A DNA stretch of 63,983 nucleotides, the filler included, from Collodictyon triciliatum (taxonomy: Eukaryota), in assembly GCA_043381765.1 (NCBI GenBank). It is 8 parts of 8 records of this genome, joined end to end, with 100 filler letters (N's around TTAATTAATTAA, not from the genome) between each part and the next. Parts side by side here need not be neighbours in the genome. Positions count along the whole stretch, not along the records: positions 26,552 to 35,297 come from JBHJMP010003300.1; positions 35,398 to 44,138 come from JBHJMP010003301.1; positions 44,239 to 52,974 come from JBHJMP010003302.1; 5 more parts are not named here. The stretch is one strand, 5' to 3'. Every line of letters starts with the position of its first letter. Position 1 is the stretch's first letter. Below are positions 26,670-44,365 of the stretch, in pieces. Below the pieces are notes generated by a model. The model was not told the origin of the DNA. It saw nothing but the letters and a program-made list of their open reading frames with translations, and did no database searches. The position numbers and the translations under genes were made by a program.

Positions 26670-28585
26670 AAATTTCAACTCTAGCTCATGGACAAAGTCA
26701 TCGGATTTCCAAAAGCGTTTTTTTCTGGATCTCTGCAACGCCACTATTACCTTGTTATGACTCGACTCGGCCCCAGTCTTCATGATTTGCATGAGAGATA
26801 TAATAAGCAATTCAGCTTGAAAACAATCCTTATGCTTTCTCTCAGAGGCTTACAAATTCTTGAAGCTGTTCACGAAAAAGGTTTCGTCCACTCAGATATC
26901 AAACCAGAAAATTTCCTGATGGGATATGGCGATGATGAAAACCAGCTTTATTTGGTAGACTTTGGCTTAAGCTTGCGATGGATTTTACCAAATGGGCGTC
27001 ACATTCGCATTCGTGAAAATAAAATTGGAATCACAGGCACTCTCAGATACTGCAGTTTAAACACACATACTGAAATTGAGCTTTCTCGGCGCGATGACCT
27101 TGAATCTCTCATCTACACAATGATATATCTGCACAAAGGGATGCTTCCGTGGCAGGGTCAAACAGGAACAAAGGAAGAGAAGAGACTGAAAGTGTACTCT
27201 ATTAAGCGCGCAACACCCCCGAGAGATTTATGTAAAGGGCTCCCCACTGAATTTGCCCAGTAAGCGCTTAATGACAAGGAAAATCAACACCAACATCAAA
27301 CCAATTTTTTTATTTTATTTTATTTTATTTTTAAAAAAGTACAATCCATTTATCGGGGTATGCACTCACGAATAGCTATGAGTCGTACATACGTTCATTT
27401 TGAATCTTGAACACCTTTAACCATATTCTTTATATATGTCAATCTTTAACCATTATTCGCAACAGATTTTTAGATTATGTCCGCTCCTTAAAGTTTGATT
27501 CGACCCCGGAATATAGTCTTTGCCGTAACCTAATCAAAAAGGCACTTTCATCCATCTCCTGTACGGATGATGGGCTCTTTGAATGGGTCACAAACCGTGG
27601 CTATACTCCCTTAAATCGAGCCAAGCGCCCAAATGATGCCGATTTGACTTACCTTCCCCCGACCAAGCGCATTCGCCAAATCTCACCAGAAGAGCTCACC
27701 AAAGCCCAATGGATTGTAACAGTGACGAGGAACCACGAGGGACAGATCCAAAAGTGCGCTCGCGAGAGTGATTACAACACGCTAGTAGAATGGCTGAAGA
27801 CGCACGGCTGGGGGAGCGACCACGGGCTTTACATCACGTCTCTTGTGCATTCCCAGGAACAAGATGGCGGGACCATGTGGAACTGCATCCTATCATCCAA
27901 CACGCCGTTCACGTCGCAGCAAATCAAAAAGTGCTCCTCCCCAATCTCTGCGGAGGCCTGGGCTAAGAAAAAGAGGCAGGAAAACTACAAGGTCACGTGC
28001 ATCTCCGGCCACGTGCACAACTCCTGCGTTGTGGTGGTTGTTTCCAGAACTGACGAGGTCTCGCCTCCACAGGTGATGACCTTCTGCGAGACGTTCCCTC
28101 GTTGCTGGATTGAAACGCAGTGGAGGCAAGGCTACTTCATCACATGCATGGGCGTTGCAGGCGCATTCTGGCTCATCGTCATGACCCAAGGCTCAAACTT
28201 TTATTCCCGGCAATGGTTCCAAACATCACAGACGTTCCCTGCACAGCCCATCAAGGAGCGCTGGGCGTCGGGCTTGCGGGTGACGTCCATGGCCTCCAAG
28301 GACAAGATCTTTGCCTTGGTCATGTCCCAGCTGACTGGGCGCGCCACATCCCAGGGATACAACAGCAGCTACTCTTGGCCTGCCCAGTACATCACAGAGG
28401 CTGAGGGGCAAAACAGGTATGTCACCTCGGTTGTCTGGAAGCTGGAGAATCAGCTGGGTGTGCTACGCGACTCTCACTCCCAATCCTTTCCATTTTTTTC
28501 CACCCAAAGTGACAGGTTCTATCGCGCCCTATCAAGCCATTCTTTATCTCTCCGACCGATTCAATTTTTATTCATTTTTTTTTAA
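26670..28585 (+). CDS. Casein kinase 1-family kinase with MUT9-like (MLK/PPK) C-terminal repeat domain; 5'-partial, intron 27260-27466, 3' end uncertain
   Basis: CK1 motifs HSDIKPENFL, DFGLS, GTLRYCS and SRRDDLESL. The C-terminus has QWIV...GLYITSL...W..ILSSNTPFTSQ...FPRCWIETQWRQGYFITCM...FPAQPIKERWASGLRVTSMA, matching the plant MLK C-terminal pattern. Confidence 0.88.
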
Positions 28586-29144
28586 ATAAAGGAAAAAAAT
28601 GTTCACTGCCATGCCTGTCTTGATGATACACCGATTGATTACTTTTAAATGTCTCTCGCCAGCAAGGTGGTATCTATGTGTCATGATTATGTTTTTCTCT
28701 TTTTATCGGTTTAGTAGCATAATTTGAAAAAAAAAGAAATGAAAAATACCAGAGCAGAGCGAAAAACAGAAGAGGCGGTGTGATATCTTTATTGATTCTT
28801 TTGGGAGGCCAAGGTATCCTCTTCTCTGATTTTTCTTAATTTTGCCCAGTGATTTCTTGTGGCATCAATCCAAATGATTTCGAAGTATTGTCGAGGTAGC
28901 AGAGTGTCTTTCCCTAAACAACCTGTATGATTTATCGACGCGCCCTTGGATGTTGTGAATATATGTCAGGGCCTATGTTATAATAGATTGTTTCGATTGG
29001 TTGATTGGGAACACAAAAACAAGATTTTGAAAAGCGACATTACAAAGAAACATACCAGCCCGGTATAATGTAGAATGTATCACAATATGGATATGCACAT
29101 GCGTGGCAAACACAAAAAGCAAATAGCTTACGATGGAGCGTCGA

Positions 29145-32100
29145 TTAAGCGCCCTGTTTTGGGTTTGGTTTGTCCTCTCCAAGTACGCTGAGCTGACCTA
29201 GTATATCGAATCCGCTATCCGCCGTTGTTACGTTACCATAATCAACCTGGTAGCCTCGTAAGGCGGAGTGTGATGTCCAGACCAGGAGGAGATCAATTTT
29301 ATTCCCATCAGCCGTTGGATCCAATTTTGGCCTCCAAACATACGTGAATCCATTTTCTCCTGTTGTTATAATGACATCGTTCTCTGGACAATATTTTATA
29401 GCTCTGACTTGATTGTGGACCGTGAGCTCGTAAAAAACTTGTACATCCTCAGGTCCTCTAGCAGTAGTCGGCGAATTTATAATATATAGAACTCCGCTCT
29501 TTCCTCCGTAGATTATGTATTCATCTTTGCCGATAATGAATGTATCTAACGCGTAAATAGGTGTTTCTGATTCAACGAGTATAACCTCCTTATGATTTGG
29601 TTCTCCAGTCAAGGACAAGTCAAAGTCAAGGCGACAAATGATTCCGTTTTCGTCTCCTACTACAATGGATAAATTGCTGGGGTCGTCGTTGGTTCTCATG
29701 AATACAGGCGCGATGGGTCTATCCACTTCACTAAATGGCTTAACTTGAGCCAGGATATTAGGGTTAATTCGGATTCCTGTCTTTGTTCCATCCGGTTCAA
29801 TTTCACGGCAGATGACTACACCACTTTCCATTGTGACAATGAAGGGATTTGGCCTGTTGGGGAGAGACTGAACAGAAAAGACAGATATGTCTTTCGTTAT
29901 CAATAGTTCCTGGGAAGGTTGATGGGTGACAGATTTTGACGGCTCAGAAGAGAGACACTCGGCATACAAAGTGGAACGCGTGCAGTAAAACAGGTAATCA
30001 TAGTTGCGAATGCCTACAATTTTGAAACAAATGATACCATCTACCGCAGTAATTGACTTTGCCGGGTAGCTGGGGTCAAAAGGATTGATGCGGGTTAATG
30101 TCCTATTTCTATCTGTCAACTGGTAATATATTTCAGCCTCTCCTTTCACTTTCCTTGCAGTCAGTCTGTAAACTTGAGAGTGCAGAATATGAGAGGAAAG
30201 ACAATTGCCCAAAGAAATATCCCAGACTTTGATATGTTTGTCACTGCTCCCAGTAATCAGTAATCCAGATGTATTTAAAACATCTGAAAGTAATTTCTCC
30301 TGGTGGTTGCTTGGAGTGACTGGTATTCTCGGTGGGGTTGAAAAAAAGACAACTGAAAGTGTGTTAATAGCTTTCTGGTGTCCTCTAGCCTTCTTGATGA
30401 GCTCCGTCGATGAGAGATTCCATATCCAAGCAGATTTGTCCTTACTGCATCCAAGCAAGTAATATGAATTGGAATACTCAAAAATATGCACAGTAGATAC
30501 TTCCTGCATATGGCCGAAGAAAGGCCGAACAAGATTTTCTTCTGCAACATTCCACAAGTAAACCATTCGGTCTGCATCCGAGGAGATCAGTAATTCAGGT
30601 TCGCCATTAAGGGCAGGAAGCCATGCAATATCTAAAATACTCTTATCGTGACGGTTGGTTAATTTCTGATAACATTTGTGGCCCTCAGTCTCCCTGTCTT
30701 CGCCAAATGCTCTGGAATCATTCTTTAAGAAACTGGTTGTATCGAATAAAAGTATGTCACTGCCCACAGCAACCGCAATTTTGTATCGGTCCTGGTACTT
30801 TATCGATCGAATCGCCTTCACTTGTTTGTCAGCCGAGTGCATTTTCCCAGCATTTACAAAATCAAAAGATTTTTTTTCTTTATCATAAGTAACCTTTGAA
30901 ACGTTAATGCAAGGAAGCTGTCCACCATAGATTACATATGAATCGGACTTTTCATAAAAAAAGTCAAGTGACCGAATGGAAAATAGCTCCCTTTTAAGAG
31001 ATACGACGACCGATGAATTCGGTTCTGTTTGATACTCATTGATATTGATTTTACATATTCCGATTCTATTATCCAAACCAGAATAAGCAAATACTACTTC
31101 TTCGGGCATTTTGCCAAACCCAAGAGAGTCCTTTAACTCCTTGCTTGTGTGGATGGATGTAATTTGACCACTACCACCCAGAGTATCGCACTCTAATTTA
31201 ATTTTGGTTTCAAATGTAAGGGAGTCCCAGATGTAAATTTTCCCGCTTCCATCGCCTGTGATCATATATGTTTTGCAATCAGTCATGGTTATGGCTGTGA
31301 CAAGCACATCAGGTTGTTCCGCGCTGTGTTTGTTATACTCGTTGGAACTCAGATAGCAGGACTCAAGATCGGACGAGTAAATTTTCCCCTCTGAGACAGT
31401 AAACAATGTTGATGAATTATCCACAATTCCAACATAGCCATGAGACACAGCGTCTTTGTGTTCGACCTTTGGTAGCTGTCCAAAGTTTGCCCCATCCATT
31501 CTTGCTCGTCCAAAGCGGCAGCCACTCACATCTGCATCCATGAATGATACATTTTCAAGATTAGCGCCGCTAAAATTCACACATTGTAACACACTTTGAG
31601 AGAGGTCAGCCCCAGATATATTTACGCCTGCAAATTCAGAGCAATGGAGAGGGATGCGCGCATAATTCAGTATTGTAATTGCCATACTTGCACACTTTGA
31701 ATAATGTAAGTCTCCAGGCTGCTGTGCAGAGAATTTAACAATTTCAATTAGTTTTTCTGCAAATTTCAAATTACTTGACGTGTAATCAGCCACAAATTGC
31801 TTTATCAGAATATCCTTTTCCTCAAGGCTAGAGAGCAATGACCTCCTTGTCTTCCATGCTGCTGTCTTCGAATCCACCTCCTTAACAATCATTTTGGCCC
31901 CAAAAAATTCCTGGATGGAACGGTGGACAAATCCAAATTTCTCCACATCTTTGGATGCCTCAAAGCACCGTATCATCACACCTTTTCGAATTTCCTTCAT
32001 ATGAGGAGTGTCATTAAAGAACGATTCCCATAGTACATCTGATGCTCCAGTCCTTCTCTTTTGCACAATGGCCACTGTTGTGCCCTCTTTGATGAGGACC

Positions 32101-34919
32101 GCTGCAAATTTCATCGACCAATTATCGAATTTATTTTTTGTAAGGTTTCTGTTTCTGGATTTTTTTTCGCTTTCCAGATGGTATTTTGTGATGAATTTGT
32201 CATAAATCTGAAAACGAGAGAGAACATCATCGCAGCGTATTGCGTGTCTTTTTTCCTCTAAATATTCGGGTAAAACCTCCATAATCATAGACAACACGAA
32301 AGGTGACCCAGCGGCCTCCTTGAGGTCCGAGGAGTTGAAAATCTTTGATGTGAGCATCTCTTTCGTCATGGATGAATTTGGAAAATTAGTCATGTGCTTG
32401 GCGATGTACTGTTTAATTTGGTCTTCACAAAAGGGCTGTATGACCAACAAGGAGAGAGGTTGTTTTTCGGGATGCCCTTCTTCATAGCCGTTGGCATGTA
32501 AATGTCGACCAAACTTATTCTCCAGATCAGCTGGTGTTTCTTGTACATTGTAACGGTATGTTATGATCACGTGTCGATCTCTAAATATGCGTTCATTTGC
32601 TTGTATCACATTGAAAGCCCCTGCATCTCTGAGTTCGTCATATCCATCCAAAATGAAAACAATCTTGGATGATTGTTGAAGGACTGTGCGCTGTGACTCA
32701 ATTTCCCTTCTAATGAAGCTGCCAATGTCCCTCGGATTTTCGACAGCAGGGAGGTTTATAGAGATAACTTTGATGTTTGACTCGCCGTCGTTAGAGGTGC
32801 GGAGCCTTTCTGCTTCGTTCCTTACGAAAGTCGATTTCCCGTAGCCTGACTTACCAAGCACAACAAGAGTACCAGGATTGTCAGAGAGAAAATGATCTAC
32901 GATGTTTTCTGCTACATAGACATTCTCGTCTTCGAATCCTTTTTTTGCACGCAACGGCACATAAATTCTAGATTGGCTAAAATCTTCTCCCTTGGATCGC
33001 ATTTTCTCCTTTTCTTCACGAGCTTGGGTGATTAAGTCTGTTGGGAGGTGAAACTCACTTGTATGCAAAACGGAAGTATTTAGTTTCTCGAGGCTTTTAC
33101 CAAGTTCCTTTTCTAATAAACGAAGAAAGATTGTTTTCTTTGATCTTGTGGTCTTCCCGTCGATAATATCTTGAATGTGCGATATAAAGCCCTCCTTTTG
33201 GCTCAGTTTTCGAAGCTGATGGATGATGTGGTGACCATAGCCGATGCTCTGAGCCTCCATGAAATCATCGTGGGTCATTCTTTCCACAACCAAAAAGGCC
33301 CCGTTTGTACATTCTTTGTAAGGCAATTGAGCGATGCGAACAAACTCCTCGACGACAAACCAAGCGAACTCTGACGTTTTATCGGTCTTGAATATATTGT
33401 AAGAGAATGTGACTGCATCTGTGTATCGATGGGACAAAACGATGGATTTCAGAAATATGTAGTTGTCGTACCATTCTTCTCTGCCGTTCTTTGACCTAAA
33501 ACTCCTGCGCGCGGTCTTGTATTCGTTCATGATATTTGTTGCTTTATCAGAGACGCGGTCTTTAATGAATTTTTCATTGTGTTTTTGATAGTCCAGTGCA
33601 AACGATTCCATGTTATCTTTTGATGATATGCGCAAAAATCCTTGGTATGCCTTCTCAAACACTGGAGTGTTCCTGGGTTGCTGGCTGATGTTGGACTCCA
33701 ACAAGAGTGCCGTGATATTGCGGATTTCCTCCTCACTGAGATACGAAATATCGAACCTCTGCTTGCGCAAGACAATGGCATCGAAGAAGGCGCTGGCGGA
33801 GTGAATGAAGAATTGTGTCTTGAAGGCGTCTTCAGATTCTGGGTCCTTCATTCTGCAGAGCCTCCTTAGGACATTCTCGAGGACTTTCTGCACCATTATG
33901 AGTGTGGATGCGTGGTTTGAGAATAAGAGAACCTCACCAACGCATCGCACATAGTGCGGCTCATCGCAAAGTGACTCCTTCTGGGAAGCTCCTCGGAGTG
34001 TCACCTTTGACATGGACGCCTTCTTGGGCGACACACTGCCGTCGGTATTGCCGCTATCCGAAGCAGCCGGTATGACCGTGATGATGGGCCAGAGCGCCGT
34101 GCAGACGGCCGGGTCGTACGAGCGGGCAAGAAGGCCGATTTCCGAGATGTGGCGCACCGTCAAGACTGGAGCGCACTCGACAATCTTGGCCATGGTCAGG
34201 GCCAGGCTGTGCAGGTCGCTATCGGCCGGGTGGAAGCGGATGAGATGCGCCAGGTCCAGCACGTTGTTTGCCCGCCCCTCCTGACGCCGCCCCTTCCAGC
34301 TGCACAGCTGCGCGTGGTCGACGCCTTGGAACGGCTGCGTGCTCGTCCTGCCGGCTTCCGCCTCCTCTTGCCCTCTATTCGCGCCCGGCACCGCCTCCGC
34401 CTCCGCCTCTGCCTCTGCCTCTGCCTCTGCCTCTGCCTCTGCCTCTGCCTCTGCCTCTGCCTCCGCCTCTGCCTCCAGAATAACCTGGCCCTTGAATGCC
34501 GAGTGCACAAGGCCGCCGCCGCAGAGCCGCGGATGAAGGCTGACGCGTGCAGCATGCTGTCCTGTCCCGTGCCACTCGATGCGTGCGCTGAAGCTGCCGC
34601 AGCCGCCGCTGGCCAGGGCCGCCTCCATGGTCTCCGTGTCGCACGCGAAGAGAACCTCTGCAGGCATCCAGGTGGCGGTGGCGTCGTGGCTGCGGTCTCG
34701 CACTTGAACCTCCACCTGCATGCCCGTGTCGCAGTCGAGAGGAAGGATGCGCACTTCCGGTTGGGCACTCTCGTCGGTTGGGTTCATGACTTTTGTCTGC
34801 CTGTGCGAGCAGGATAGAGACATGATGGGGATGACATGTGACGGGGAGGAAACAAAATGAAAGAGAGACGCAAGTAGAGAGAAAAAGTGTCGGTGCCACA
34901 CAGGGTGGTGGGTGTTCAT
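29145..34919 (-). CDS. NLR-like STAND protein: NACHT NTPase, pentapeptide repeats and WD40 repeats; true start uncertain, possibly 34788
   Basis: 1924-aa ORF with Walker A GKSGYGKST, Walker B VFILDGYDE, winged-helix motif FVHRSIQEFF, pentapeptides GADLSQSVLQCVNFSGANLENVSFMDADVSGCRFGRARMDGANF, and WD motifs (GHMQEV...SKDKSAWIWN, GSSDKHIKVWD). Confidence 0.92.
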   Translation of the reverse strand: MNTHHPVWHRHFFSLLASLFHFVSSPSHVIPIMSLSCSHRQTKVMNPTDESAQPEVRILPLDCDTGMQVEVQVRDRSHDATATWMPAEVLFACDTETMEAALASGGCGSFSARIEWHGTGQHAARVSLHPRLCGGGLVHSAFKGQVILEAEAEAEAEAEAEAEAEAEAEAEAEAEAVPGANRGQEEAEAGRTSTQPFQGVDHAQLCSWKGRRQEGRANNVLDLAHLIRFHPADSDLHSLALTMAKIVECAPVLTVRHISEIGLLARSYDPAVCTALWPIITVIPAASDSGNTDGSVSPKKASMSKVTLRGASQKESLCDEPHYVRCVGEVLLFSNHASTLIMVQKVLENVLRRLCRMKDPESEDAFKTQFFIHSASAFFDAIVLRKQRFDISYLSEEEIRNITALLLESNISQQPRNTPVFEKAYQGFLRISSKDNMESFALDYQKHNEKFIKDRVSDKATNIMNEYKTARRSFRSKNGREEWYDNYIFLKSIVLSHRYTDAVTFSYNIFKTDKTSEFAWFVVEEFVRIAQLPYKECTNGAFLVVERMTHDDFMEAQSIGYGHHIIHQLRKLSQKEGFISHIQDIIDGKTTRSKKTIFLRLLEKELGKSLEKLNTSVLHTSEFHLPTDLITQAREEKEKMRSKGEDFSQSRIYVPLRAKKGFEDENVYVAENIVDHFLSDNPGTLVVLGKSGYGKSTFVRNEAERLRTSNDGESNIKVISINLPAVENPRDIGSFIRREIESQRTVLQQSSKIVFILDGYDELRDAGAFNVIQANERIFRDRHVIITYRYNVQETPADLENKFGRHLHANGYEEGHPEKQPLSLLVIQPFCEDQIKQYIAKHMTNFPNSSMTKEMLTSKIFNSSDLKEAAGSPFVLSMIMEVLPEYLEEKRHAIRCDDVLSRFQIYDKFITKYHLESEKKSRNRNLTKNKFDNWSMKFAAVLIKEGTTVAIVQKRRTGASDVLWESFFNDTPHMKEIRKGVMIRCFEASKDVEKFGFVHRSIQEFFGAKMIVKEVDSKTAAWKTRRSLLSSLEEKDILIKQFVADYTSSNLKFAEKLIEIVKFSAQQPGDLHYSKCASMAITILNYARIPLHCSEFAGVNISGADLSQSVLQCVNFSGANLENVSFMDADVSGCRFGRARMDGANFGQLPKVEHKDAVSHGYVGIVDNSSTLFTVSEGKIYSSDLESCYLSSNEYNKHSAEQPDVLVTAITMTDCKTYMITGDGSGKIYIWDSLTFETKIKLECDTLGGSGQITSIHTSKELKDSLGFGKMPEEVVFAYSGLDNRIGICKININEYQTEPNSSVVVSLKRELFSIRSLDFFYEKSDSYVIYGGQLPCINVSKVTYDKEKKSFDFVNAGKMHSADKQVKAIRSIKYQDRYKIAVAVGSDILLFDTTSFLKNDSRAFGEDRETEGHKCYQKLTNRHDKSILDIAWLPALNGEPELLISSDADRMVYLWNVAEENLVRPFFGHMQEVSTVHIFEYSNSYYLLGCSKDKSAWIWNLSSTELIKKARGHQKAINTLSVVFFSTPPRIPVTPSNHQEKLLSDVLNTSGLLITGSSDKHIKVWDISLGNCLSSHILHSQVYRLTARKVKGEAEIYYQLTDRNRTLTRINPFDPSYPAKSITAVDGIICFKIVGIRNYDYLFYCTRSTLYAECLSSEPSKSVTHQPSQELLITKDISVFSVQSLPNRPNPFIVTMESGVVICREIEPDGTKTGIRINPNILAQVKPFSEVDRPIAPVFMRTNDDPSNLSIVVGDENGIICRLDFDLSLTGEPNHKEVILVESETPIYALDTFIIGKDEYIIYGGKSGVLYIINSPTTARGPEDVQVFYELTVHNQVRAIKYCPENDVIITTGENGFTYVWRPKLDPTADGNKIDLLLVWTSHSALRGYQVDYGNVTTADSGFDILGQLSVLGEDKPNPKQGA
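34392..34476 (-). repeat. Coding (GAGGC[A/G])n hexamer encoding poly-(Glu-Ala)
   Basis: Tandem GCCTCT/GCCTCC units on + strand, in frame within the NACHT ORF. Confidence 0.95.
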
Positions 34920-35208
34920 TGCGACGGAGCGATCTCTGATTGGCGGTGTGGATTTGCGCTGCTCTGGCCGTGCCTGTCATGCCGTGTGGGTTATTGAGGA
35001 TCAAAAGATTCTGGGAGTCGTGCCTGCTTATACCTTGTGTTGGTGATAACATTCAGTGAATTGGTGAGAGTTTGGAAATTCCAGGTTTGGTTTCTTTGGT
35101 GGGGTGCTGTGCTTCAACCAGAGCGTTCTCTGAATCGCCTGCCGAATTCCCGCTGCAGTTCCTTAAGTGATATGTATGTATGTTTGTTCATGGAGCGAAA
35201 AGAAAAAG

Positions 35209-35297
<89 letters not shown>

Positions 35298-35397
35298 NNN
35301 NNNNNNNNNNNNNNNNNNNNNNNNNNNNNNNNNNNNNNNNNTTAATTAATTAANNNNNNNNNNNNNNNNNNNNNNNNNNNNNNNNNNNNNNNNNNNN

Positions 35398-35490
35398 CAA
35401 ACAAACAAACAAACAAACAAACAAACAAACAAACAAACAAACAAACAAACAAACAAACAAACAAACAAACAAACAAACAAACAAACAAAC
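35398..35490. repeat. (CAAA)n microsatellite at contig start
   Basis: Tandem tetramer read directly. Confidence 0.95.
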
Positions 35491-35759
35491 ATGAAAAAAA
35501 AAACGAAACAAATCATAAGGTAATAATCAAAAATCGCTGTTTATCTTTGCATTTGCTTACATCAACTTTTCTCAAGATATCTTTATATATATTTCTTTAC
35601 ATATATTTAATTATCTATTGCTGATATTGTTCGCACTTTTGTCTTTTGCTTAACAAAATTATTGTGATTGTTTGCACTTGATTATTTTTTTTTTAAGAGG
35701 ACGTGAAACTGTCAGCAAGTATGAGTCCATTTAGCACCTGATTGGGATCAGGATAGCTT

Positions 35760-43860
<8,101 letters not shown>

Positions 43861-44365
43861 CTAAGGTAAAAGCTTTTGAGTATGATTGTATTTGAGATTT
43901 TTTTTAAAACTTTTTATTTGGTCAAAATTTTGATAAGCTGATAAAAAAAAGTTGTAAATGAGTTGGTACATGTGGAACGCCTGCATTTCCAAGAATCTTG
44001 TTTCTCAAGGAGCGAAGCATTTCTAGAACTGAGGATTCCATCCTACAAAAACGGTTTAAAGTAAAAAGAATAAAAAAAAGAATAAAAAAAAGAATAAAAA
44101 AAAGAAAAAAAAAAGAATAAAAAAAGAATAAAAAAAGANNNNNNNNNNNNNNNNNNNNNNNNNNNNNNNNNNNNNNNNNNNNTTAATTAATTAANNNNNN
44201 NNNNNNNNNNNNNNNNNNNNNNNNNNNNNNNNNNNNNNTGTTGTTTTTTTGTGTTGTTTTTTTGTGTTGTTTTTTTGTGTTGTTTTTTTGTGTTGTTTTT
44301 TTGTGTTGTTTTTTGTATTGTTTTTTTTTTCAAAGCGTTTAATTTAAATGAAATTGATTACTCAG

